DNA of 17,658 nt from Tubiluchus corallicola (lineage: Eukaryota; Animalia; Priapulida): assembly GCA_030141605.1 (NCBI GenBank), contig JAQGDQ010002500.1:1-17658 (forward strand). Direction: 5' to 3'. Position numbers and translations under genes: made by a program. Under the pieces are notes generated by a model. It was not told the DNA's origin, searched no databases, and saw nothing but the letters and a program-made list of their open reading frames with translations. Shown here piece after piece: positions 1-8,600 of this stretch (positions are counted from its first letter, which is position 1; each line of letters begins with the position of its first letter).

Positions 1-1
1 G

Positions 2-1228
2 CCGGGGTTGTCATTAGATGGAATAGTAAGACCTATAAAAGGAGTATTGCCAATAGCTATAGAAGCCAAAAAACAGGGGTTTAAGGGAATGTTATTGCCC
101 AAAGAAAACGCATCAGAAGCAACTGTTGTTAATGATTTTTCTGTCATAAGTATTGCGACCCTTAAAGATGCAATAGATTTTTTTGAAGAAGGAAAAAGCG
201 TTCAAACAAAAACATTTGGGGTATCAGAGTTTTTTCGTCAACAACAAAACAGATTAGGGTTGGACTTTGCTGATGTCCAAGGTCAAGAAAATGTAAAACG
301 TGCACTAGAAATAGCTGCCGCAGGAGCTCATAATATCATTTTGATAGGACCTCCTGGGTCAGGGAAAACTATGTTAGCCAAAAGACTGCCTTCTATATTG
401 CCCCCTTTGACACTTGACGAATCATTGGAAACAACCAAAATACACTCGGTAAGTGGCAAACTAACAAATGGACATTTCTTAATTCATGAGCGCCCTTTTC
501 GCTCTCCCCACCATACTATATCTGATGTTGCACTGGTAGGAGGCGGAAGCGTACCACAACCGGGTGAAATATCACTTGCACACAACGGTATTCTTTTTTT
601 AGATGAGCTTCCTGAGTTTAAAAGAACCGTATTAGAAGTTATGAGGCAGCCATTAGAAGATCGCATAGTGAATGTGTCACGAGCCAAAGGAAATGTAAAG
701 TTTCCTGCCAATTTTATGCTTGTTGCAAGTATGAACCCCAGCCCTTCTGGAACTTTTTTTATTAATGATGGGACACACCCCGATTCTGAAATGGACGTCA
801 GAAGGTATTTAAAAAAGATAAGTGGTCCTCTTTTAGATAGAATAGACCTGCATATAGAGGTAAGCCCTGTTTCCTTTGATGATATGACTGCAAATAAAAA
901 AAGTGAAAATAGCAAAGAAATAAGAAAACGGATAATTAGCGCACGTGAAAAACAAAAAGATAGATTCAAAAATAAAAAAGGCATACACTCTAATAGCATG
1001 ATGCCTGCACAATTAATCAAAAAAACTTGTATAATAGATGAGGTCGGTAAAGCATTGCTAAAAACAGCAATGGAAAAACTTAACCTTTCTGCAAGAGCAT
1101 ACGATAGGATTTTAAAAGTAGCAAGAACCATTGCTGACTTAGAAAATAGCAATAAAATAGAAATAGCACACCTATCAGAAGCAATACAATACAGGAGTTT
1201 TGATAGAAATAATTGGATGGATTATTAA
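2..1228 (+). CDS. comM: YifB/ComM family Mg-chelatase-like AAA+ ATPase, 5'-partial
   Basis: Walker A GPPGSGKT, RPFRSPHHTIS, PGEISLAHNGILFLDELPEF (Walker B), ISGPLLDRIDLH and LSARAYDRILKVARTIADL. The frame is open from the window edge, and LSLDG is an internal motif of this family (normally about 500 aa), so the TTG at 8 is not the true start. Confidence 0.93.
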   Translation, partial: PGLSLDGIVRPIKGVLPIAIEAKKQGFKGMLLPKENASEATVVNDFSVISIATLKDAIDFFEEGKSVQTKTFGVSEFFRQQQNRLGLDFADVQGQENVKRALEIAAAGAHNIILIGPPGSGKTMLAKRLPSILPPLTLDESLETTKIHSVSGKLTNGHFLIHERPFRSPHHTISDVALVGGGSVPQPGEISLAHNGILFLDELPEFKRTVLEVMRQPLEDRIVNVSRAKGNVKFPANFMLVASMNPSPSGTFFINDGTHPDSEMDVRRYLKKISGPLLDRIDLHIEVSPVSFDDMTANKKSENSKEIRKRIISAREKQKDRFKNKKGIHSNSMMPAQLIKKTCIIDEVGKALLKTAMEKLNLSARAYDRILKVARTIADLENSNKIEIAHLSEAIQYRSFDRNNWMDY

Positions 1229-1268
1229 ATATTTTATTGTTTAAGTATAATTTATAATAAAATATTCG

Positions 1269-1276
1269 TAGCTTTA
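1269..1276 (+). promoter_or_regulatory. Possible Bacteroidota -7 promoter element for the cold-shock gene
   Basis: TAGCTTTA, one mismatch from TAnnTTTG, about 185 nt upstream of the ATG. No convincing -33 element. Confidence 0.3.
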
Positions 1277-1459
1277 TTGCTGAAATTAATTTAGTAACAT
1301 CTTTGAAAGAATATATAATCTTAAAATTGCAACAAAAAATAATAAGAATGTTTAAAGATTGAAAAAAACTGGCGGATGGTCATATGCGTGATTCTATTTC
1401 TAAACCGCCTAAAAAAATAAGAAATGGAACACATTAATTAATTTATTATTATATTTATT

Positions 1460-1651
1460 ATGAAAAAAGGAACTGTGAAGTTCTTTAATGAAACAAAAGG
1501 ATTTGGATTTATTAAAGACACCGAAACTAGCGAAGAGCATTTCGTTCATGTATCTGGTCTTATTGACAAAGTAAAAGAAGGAGATGAAGTAGAGTTTGAG
1601 CTTAAAGAAGGGAAAAAAGGCATGAATGCTGTAAGTGTGAAGCTCGCATAG
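1460..1651 (+). CDS. Cold-shock protein (CspA family)
   Basis: 63 aa with GTVKFFN, RNP1 KGFGFI and RNP2 HFVHVS. It has a long upstream region and its own terminator. Confidence 0.97.
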   Translation: MKKGTVKFFNETKGFGFIKDTETSEEHFVHVSGLIDKVKEGDEVEFELKEGKKGMNAVSVKLA

Positions 1652-1668
1652 ATCCCTACCGTCAGACT

Positions 1669-1710
1669 AAAAGAGCCTTATGAAAATTAGTAAGGCTCTT
1701 TTTAATTTTT
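1669..1710 (+). terminator. Rho-independent terminator, probably bidirectional
   Basis: Perfect 12-bp inverted repeat AAAAGAGCCTTA (1669-1680) / TAAGGCTCTTTT (1691-1702) with a 10-nt loop and a T-rich tail, 17 nt after the csp stop. Confidence 0.9.
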
Positions 1711-1790
1711 TGCTATAAACTAATATTATATTTATTTTAAATCCCTTACTTAAAAAGTAATGTTTATACCTTAACTAAACATAACAAAGC

Positions 1791-2699
1791 ATGCAACGAT
1801 TAAAGAATTCTCTAAAAGACATCATACTTATTGTTTTAGGGGTTCTGTCTGCCACAATAGGTCTAAAAAGTTTTTTGATACCTAATGGCTTTCTTGATGG
1901 CGGCGTCATGGGCATCTCCCTTTTGACAAATGCCTTATTTGGAATTAGCCTACCTATTCTTATCTTCCTATACAACACCCCCTTTATCATTATGGGATAT
2001 AAACAAATATCTCTATCCTTTTCAATAAAAACACTATTTGCCATAATTGCCCTATCCTTGTCAGTAAAATATATGGAGTTTTCTGTTGTCACTGATGATA
2101 AACTATTAATATCTATATTTGGTGGTTTCTTTTTAGGCACAGGCATTGGATTCTCTATTAGAGGAGGGGGAGTAATAGACGGCACAGAAGTACTTGCCGT
2201 TTATATTAGTCGAAGGTCAAGCCTCACCGTAGGAGATGTTATACTTATCATCAATATTATTATTTTTACAACAGCAATATTTCTTATCAATGTAGAAATA
2301 GCCATGTATGCAATAATCACATATTTAATAGCTGCAAAAACTATAGACTTTATAGTACATGGGATTGAGGAGTACACCAGTATGACTATTATCTCTACGA
2401 AAAGCAATGATATTAGAAAAAAATTAATTGAAAAACAGACAGGGGTTACAATTTTGAAAGGACAAAAAGGATTTACAAAAAATACTAATATAGATATACT
2501 ATATACTATTGTTACCCGACTTGAAATAACCTCTATAAAAAATGAAATAGACGCAATAGACCCCGACGCCTTTATTATACAAACAAAAGTAGATGACACC
2601 AGAGGAGGAATGGTAAAGAAAGTCATTCTCAGAAAAAAAGAAATAAGCAGATACCCCCTTCATTGCTCTGATAAAAAATTAAAGCCTCTTTTAGAGTAA
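1791..2699 (+). CDS. YitT family membrane protein (DUF161 plus C-terminal DUF2179)
   Basis: FLIPNGFLDGGVMGISLL, FGGFFLGTGIG, RGGGVIDGTEVLA, several transmembrane segments, and a soluble tail GVTILKG...IDPDAFI. Confidence 0.92.
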   Translation: MQRLKNSLKDIILIVLGVLSATIGLKSFLIPNGFLDGGVMGISLLTNALFGISLPILIFLYNTPFIIMGYKQISLSFSIKTLFAIIALSLSVKYMEFSVVTDDKLLISIFGGFFLGTGIGFSIRGGGVIDGTEVLAVYISRRSSLTVGDVILIINIIIFTTAIFLINVEIAMYAIITYLIAAKTIDFIVHGIEEYTSMTIISTKSNDIRKKLIEKQTGVTILKGQKGFTKNTNIDILYTIVTRLEITSIKNEIDAIDPDAFIIQTKVDDTRGGMVKKVILRKKEISRYPLHCSDKKLKPLLE

Positions 2700-2731
2700 C
2701 AGTACAAATTTTCTTACAATTTTCCTTACAC

Positions 2732-2763
2732 TTTCATTTTGTTAGAAAGGTTTTGTAAATTTG
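2732..2763 (+). promoter_or_regulatory. Bacteroidota housekeeping promoter for hemE
   Basis: TAAATTTG at 2756-2763 matches TAnnTTTG. TTTC at 2732-2735 lies 20 nt upstream as a variant -33 element. Confidence 0.6.
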
Positions 2764-2799
2764 TGTTGAACTTATATTTAAACTTTAATATCAAGTAAT

Positions 2800-3831
2800 T
2801 TGGCACAATTAAAAAACGACTTGTTAATAAAAGCAGCTAAAGGCGAAAAAACTAAACAAACACCCGTGTGGGTAATGCGCCAAGCTGGTAGAATTTTAAA
2901 AGAATACAGAGAAGTAAGATATAAATTGTCGGGATTTGTAGAATTAGTAAAAACCCCAGACCTTGTTGTAGAAGTAACCCTACAACCTGTAGATATTTTG
3001 GGAGTAGATGCAGCTATAATTTTTTCAGATATTTTGGTTATTCCAGAAGCTATGGGATTGCCATATGTTATGGAAGAAAAGAAAGGACCCTGCTTCCCAA
3101 CAACCATACAAACCCACAAAGATATAGACTTATTGCATACTGCAACAATGGAAGATTATAATTATGTAATCAAGGCTATTGAAATGACCAAAAAAGAGCT
3201 TAATGGCAAGGTGCCATTAATAGGCTTTGCAGGTGCTCCGTGGACAATTTTTGCTTATATGATAGAAGGCAGTGGTAGTAAGACATTTGCCAAAGCACGA
3301 AAAATGTTATATACCAATAAGTCATTTTCAGATAAACTACTGCAAATGATAACAGATAGCACTATAAACTACCTGAAAGCACAAGTAAAACATGGAGCTG
3401 ATATTGTGCAAATTTTTGACTCTTGGGCAAGTATTTTGCCCCAACCCGTTTATGAGCGATTTTCTCTAAAATACATATCACAAATCTGCAAAGAATTAAG
3501 CAAAATAGTTCCTGTAATTGTGTTTTCCAAAGGAGCTTATACTTCTTTACACTCTATTGCCAACACTGAATGCAGCGTGATAGGTATGGATTGGAATATG
3601 AATATTGCCAACACTCGTAAAATCACAAATAACAAAACCTTACAAGGAAACTTAGACCCAGCATTGCTTTATGCTTCTTTTGATACTATTAGAAAAGAAA
3701 CAAAAAAAATGATAGATATGTTTGGAAAGGATAAGCACATAGCCAACCTTGGGCATGGTGTCTATCCAGATACAAACCCTGACAAAGTAAAGTGCTTTAT
3801 TGACACCGTAAAAGAATACTCTTGTCAATAA
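2800..3831 (+). CDS. hemE: Uroporphyrinogen decarboxylase
   Basis: [46 protein letters not shown] and NLGHG. 343 aa with a TTG start. Confidence 0.97.
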   Translation: MAQLKNDLLIKAAKGEKTKQTPVWVMRQAGRILKEYREVRYKLSGFVELVKTPDLVVEVTLQPVDILGVDAAIIFSDILVIPEAMGLPYVMEEKKGPCFPTTIQTHKDIDLLHTATMEDYNYVIKAIEMTKKELNGKVPLIGFAGAPWTIFAYMIEGSGSKTFAKARKMLYTNKSFSDKLLQMITDSTINYLKAQVKHGADIVQIFDSWASILPQPVYERFSLKYISQICKELSKIVPVIVFSKGAYTSLHSIANTECSVIGMDWNMNIANTRKITNNKTLQGNLDPALLYASFDTIRKETKKMIDMFGKDKHIANLGHGVYPDTNPDKVKCFIDTVKEYSCQ

Positions 3832-3842
3832 AGTCTTTGTCA
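3780..3842 (+). repeat. Nested inverted repeat spanning the hemE stop codon
   Basis: Inner arms CTTTATTGACA (3795-3805) / TGTCAATAAAG (3823-3833). Outer arms TGACAAAG (3780-3787) / CTTTGTCA (3835-3842). Confidence 0.6.
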
Positions 3843-4119
3843 TTCAGATTTATCTTTTATTTCTTTGTTTGATTTTACATTCTTAAGCACTCCTTCAAAG
3901 TATTAGAAAAACAAATTAACCCACTAAAACCAATACTTTTTTATCTGATTATTTTTTATCTCCTATAGTAAAAAATCACTCAACTAATATGCATATTATA
4001 GATGTGATCATTATAAAAAGTCATAGCCACGATGTTGTCAATAAGTGCTTCAAAAAAATGTAAATTAAATTAAGTATTACTATTGTCCACCAAATTTTAC
4101 GATTAAAACAAAATAATTT

Positions 4120-4150
4120 TTTGCCTTTTTTTACAAAATTGATAACTTTG
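4120..4150 (+). promoter_or_regulatory. Bacteroidota housekeeping promoter for lpdA
   Basis: TTTG (4120-4123), 19-nt spacer, TAACTTTG (4143-4150): an exact match to the -33/-7 consensus, 65 nt before the ATG. Confidence 0.75.
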
Positions 4151-4215
4151 AAACAAGCAATGCGTTTATTGCCTTTGAAATTTAATCATTATTTAATACC
4201 TAAAAACTATTCTTT

Positions 4216-5601
4216 ATGAAGTACGATGTAAGTATAATTGGTAGTGGTCCTGGAGGCTATGTCTCTGCTATTCGCTGTGCTCAATTAGGAATGAAAGTGG
4301 CACTTATTGAAAAATATAGTACATTAGGAGGCACATGCTTAAATGTCGGATGTATCCCCTCAAAAACATTATTAGATTCATCAGAACACTATCATAATGC
4401 ACAACACAATTTTTCTCGCCACGGTATAACAGTATCAGGGCTAAAGGCAGATATAAAGCAAATGGTAAAGCGGAAAGATAATGTCGTAAAGAAAACTACG
4501 GCAGGTATTCAGTTCCTTATGAAAAAAAACAAAATAGACGTCTATACAGGACACGGAACTATTAAAAGCCCAAAAGAGATAACCATAACCCCATCAAATA
4601 AAAAAGAGACTGTCATTCAAACAGAAAACATAATTATTGCCACAGGGTCAAAGCCAACAACGTTACCCTTTGCCAAAATTGATAAAAAAAGAATAATTAC
4701 AAGCACAGAAGCACTAAACTTACAAGAAGTACCCAAACATTTGGTGATTATAGGAGCAGGAGTAATAGGTTTAGAGTTGGGTTCGGTCTATGCACGATTA
4801 GGAGCAAAAGTTAGCGTTATAGAGTATTTTGATGCTATTGTTCCTACTATGGATAAGGATTTAGGCAGAGAGCTGAAAAAAGTATTAGAAAAACTAAATT
4901 TTGATTTTCATTTAGGTAAAAAAGTAAGCAACGTTACAGCCTCAAAAAAAGAGGTGGTAGTTAAAGGAGAAGGCTTTGAAATAAAAGGAGACTATTGTTT
5001 GGTTGCCGTAGGACGAAAGCCCTATACAAAAAATTTAGGATTGGATAGCGTAGGCATATCTGTAGACGCTGCTGGAAGAATAGAAACAAACGAACATTTG
5101 CAAACCAACGTCTCTAACATTTATGCTATTGGCGATGTAGTACAGGGAGCAATGTTGGCACATAAAGCAGAAGAGGAGGGGATATACGTTGCAGAGCTGT
5201 TAGCAGAACAAAAACCACACATTAATTACTTAGCCATTCCATCTGTGGTATATACGTGGCCTGAAGTTGCCTCTGTGGGATATACAGAAGAACAGCTAAA
5301 AGAGAGTCAGCGAGAATACAAAAAAGGAATGTTCCCTTTCAAGGCTTCAGGAAGAGCAAGAGCAAGTATGGATGAAGATGGTTTTGTAAAGGTGCTTGCA
5401 GATAAACAAACAGATGAAATATTAGGCATACATATTATAGGAGCTCGCGCTGCTGACATGATCAGTGATGGAGTGATAGCATTGGAGTATAGAGCTTCGG
5501 CAGAAGACATTGCCATGATGTCCTTTGCTCATCCTACATACAGTGAAGCTATTAAAGAAGCATGCTTGGCTGCTACGCAAAATAGAGCTATTCATATGTA
5601 A
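4216..5601 (+). CDS. lpdA: Dihydrolipoyl dehydrogenase (E3)
   Basis: FAD motif GSGPGG, redox disulfide GGTCLNVGCIPSK, NAD motif GAGVIGLE, YAIGD..GAMLAHKAEEEG and catalytic HPTYSEA. Confidence 0.97.
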   Translation: MKYDVSIIGSGPGGYVSAIRCAQLGMKVALIEKYSTLGGTCLNVGCIPSKTLLDSSEHYHNAQHNFSRHGITVSGLKADIKQMVKRKDNVVKKTTAGIQFLMKKNKIDVYTGHGTIKSPKEITITPSNKKETVIQTENIIIATGSKPTTLPFAKIDKKRIITSTEALNLQEVPKHLVIIGAGVIGLELGSVYARLGAKVSVIEYFDAIVPTMDKDLGRELKKVLEKLNFDFHLGKKVSNVTASKKEVVVKGEGFEIKGDYCLVAVGRKPYTKNLGLDSVGISVDAAGRIETNEHLQTNVSNIYAIGDVVQGAMLAHKAEEEGIYVAELLAEQKPHINYLAIPSVVYTWPEVASVGYTEEQLKESQREYKKGMFPFKASGRARASMDEDGFVKVLADKQTDEILGIHIIGARAADMISDGVIALEYRASAEDIAMMSFAHPTYSEAIKEACLAATQNRAIHM

Positions 5602-5612
5602 AGCAAAAAGAT

Positions 5613-8600
5613 CTAATTTACGATATTGGCTCGCAGTTGGAAACCAAAAGAATTGTTTCTTCGAGGGTATGTGTTTACTTTCGGGTTGTTTACAGTGCGT
5701 TCGTAATAAAGTGTTAAAAATAACCACTCTATAAACCTATAATCTATTTGAGGTCTTATTTGCACATTGTATACACCGCTAGTTACTTGATCCTCCTCAT
5801 CCATAACTCTTTGAATGGTCTCAGTGTCTCTAATAGAAAAATTCATCTTAAAGGTAATATCATTTTCCAATGTTATAATTCGTCCTTTTGATTTAAAAGG
5901 TAACTTCATTTTAGCCTTTGTATAGTCAATAGAGAAAAAATAGTCATTTGCCCGTAGCTCTGTTACTTGAGCATTAGAAAGTGTCAATAACACATTTCTT
6001 GTTTTCTTAACTTCAAAACGTGTTGAAATCCCCGCTCTTGTCTTTAAATTTATTCCAATTAGTGGATGAAACTGTTCTTGAATGCCAACTTGCTCTATCA
6101 GCATTACAGGGATAAACTCACCATTATCATTTACTTTTGTAGGAGCAATATAGTTGGTTGTGCCATTGTTAAGTTCTAAATTGTCCTCATATTCTAATGA
6201 ACTTACATAATTATTCACAGAATACTTTGATGTATATGCATGGGTTATATTGATTACAGAAAATATTTTTTTAAGTGATTTTATATTTCTCAGCCCTCTA
6301 TATTCCAAGCTCCAATTTGGAATGGGTAATGCCCTAAATGGGTTCAAAGAGGTATTATTGATGTCTCTTCCAGAGTACGCAGAAAGAAATGCGGGAATAA
6401 GCACATCTTGCGAGTTCAGAGGATAGCGCTCATCATCTAACCTACCAACAATTTGCTCTCTATTGTTTTTAAATGCCTCAAAAGCTTTACTTGATTTGTT
6501 CGCACCGTCTTTAGCAAAAGCAGTCAAAATAGTGTTTGTTGTAATAGAATACTGACCTGCCCTAACAGGAGAGTGAATATTGTAGCCTCCATCTGAAATT
6601 TTAAAAAACTCATTATACATTGTTGAGTTTGTTGTTTCAAATTTCAGTTGTATTCTCAAATCTTTAAATGGCTCTAATGAAGATTGTATATTAAGAGAAT
6701 TAGTGCGCGTTTGCATAAAAGGCTTAGGCAACAAAGTATCAGAAATAATGTAGCCGTCCTCTGCCAATTTTTTCCGTATATCAGGGTTTTGAGAGCCTAA
6801 AAATATATAGCTAAAACCTGGTGATTTCCATGCACTATCCAATCCTAACAAAAATGGTTGCGGTTGATAGCCCGGCATGGTAGTCATTGCCCGCTGAGAA
6901 TAGGAGGCTCTTATGTTTCTTACTAACAACAAGGGTTTGACTATTTCTCTTGTGATTTTATATGACGTGCTTGCTCTTCTTTTAGTAGGGCGATCTACTT
7001 TACGAAGGTATTTTGAGTGCTTATATAATGTGGCAAAATTGAGCTGAGTATTAGCAGAAAAACTTCTATTATTATCAATCGTATTACCAAATATCAATTG
7101 TTGATTGTTGCTTGGTTCTCTTGAGTAAGCACCTGCATTCCAGTTATAATTTGTTCCTGCTTGCAAGTTTAGCGTTACCCAATTAAAGTATGGAATTTTA
7201 TTTATAGGGACTTTATAATTAGCTCTTATGTTTTGATTAAAATTTTTCATTCTACCTAACGATGCTACATTTCCCCACAATTCTTGCTTTTTTTCTCTTG
7301 TATCTATGTCTCCATCAGGCTCATCTATAACAGCATGAACTTGAGCCGAGTAACTTAAAGTTAATGACTTTGCTAATTTCCATTCAAATCCGTAAAAACG
7401 ATTAAATAGAAAGGTTTTATCCCACAATGGGCGCACTCCATCGGTTGTCAAATCTGCATTTCTTAATTGTAAACGTGAAAAATTTCTGTCTAATTCCATA
7501 TTTACATCATAGCTTGAAGGTACGGGAGAAAAATTAAAATCTTTTATCAATTTTAGGTGTTTAGACTTCAAAGCGTCCGTTTTCTTAAACGGCTCTATAT
7601 TCACATCCTTAGAAGAATAAGCATACTTGATATTTCCTTTATGTCTAGTAATGGCGTTTGATGCCACATATACATCGCTAGATTGTGCTTTACTATAAGC
7701 ATAGGTAAAAGAAAGATTTTCTACATCATAAAAATTTGGCTTCGATTCAGGATTAGTTCTTACTTTTCTTACATTAGAAAAATTGATGCTATGCCTTGTA
7801 TTTCGCTCTTGAGCAATTTTCTTATAATCGCTTTTTTCTTGTTCTGTTTCTAGTGTACTTAAAACTACATCTAACTTTATATCCTTGTCTAATGGGTCAA
7901 ATTCAGGAGTAATAACTGTTTCCTCTATGCTAAAATACATAGGGACAATAATTCCTGTTTTGGGGGATAAAAATTTATGTAACTGCAAATTGGTAGTCAC
8001 TTCATAATGTAGCATTTGTTCCCGCGCTCGGTCTGATACTTTTGATTGTATAGACCCAAAACCAATAGAAGAATAATTCGTACCTAAATTAATATTTCCT
8101 AAATCAGAAAGTTTCAAATTTACTAACGCATTGGCAGCCCATCCTGATTTTTTATCAAAATCAGTAACACGAAGTTCATTTACCCAAACACATATTGATT
8201 TTGGTTGGTTGTCATCCACTTCACGATTGGGGTTTTTGACCCCTATCATTATTGTTTGTAGATTTTTTAACTCAGGCCGCCCTCGCATAGTTATTTTATA
8301 TTTGTTTTCTAATGAATCAGAAAAGGGCAAATCTAAACTGTGTTCCTCTCTATTTCTCTTAACCTTTAAGGCATATAAATCATCAAATGCAACATTTAGT
8401 TCGTTTTCTTCAGGCCAAATGTCTTCAGGCTGAATAGCATTTATGTCTGTAATTTTAAGAGGCCATTCTATTTCATAATAATTTTGAGCAAAATCTGTTC
8501 CTAAACGTATAAACATATTTACTTCATCATTCTCCAATGGCATTTCGTTTTCATGGGCATGTACAAACATTTTGATTCTTCCATAGTTTAGCAAGTCAAA

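Noticed and set aside
1-10. PGLSLDG in place of the family's GELSLDG at the window edge
   Set aside because: Too little context; probably an edge or low-quality effect.
484-1152. 222-aa minus-strand ORF
   Set aside because: Antisense shadow of comM with no recognisable motifs.
1775-2626. Minus-strand ORFs of 136 and 141 aa
   Set aside because: Antisense shadows of yitT.
2778-3843. Minus-strand ORFs of 113 and 63 aa
   Set aside because: Antisense shadows of hemE.
3997-4015. Fur-box-like sequence on the minus strand (TATAATGATCACATCTATA)
   Set aside because: Only about 12 of 19 matches to the E. coli consensus in AT-rich DNA, and not placed at a promoter.
5307-5734. Three short ORFs around the lpdA/sprA junction
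   Set aside because: They overlap well-supported genes in other frames and have no recognisable features.
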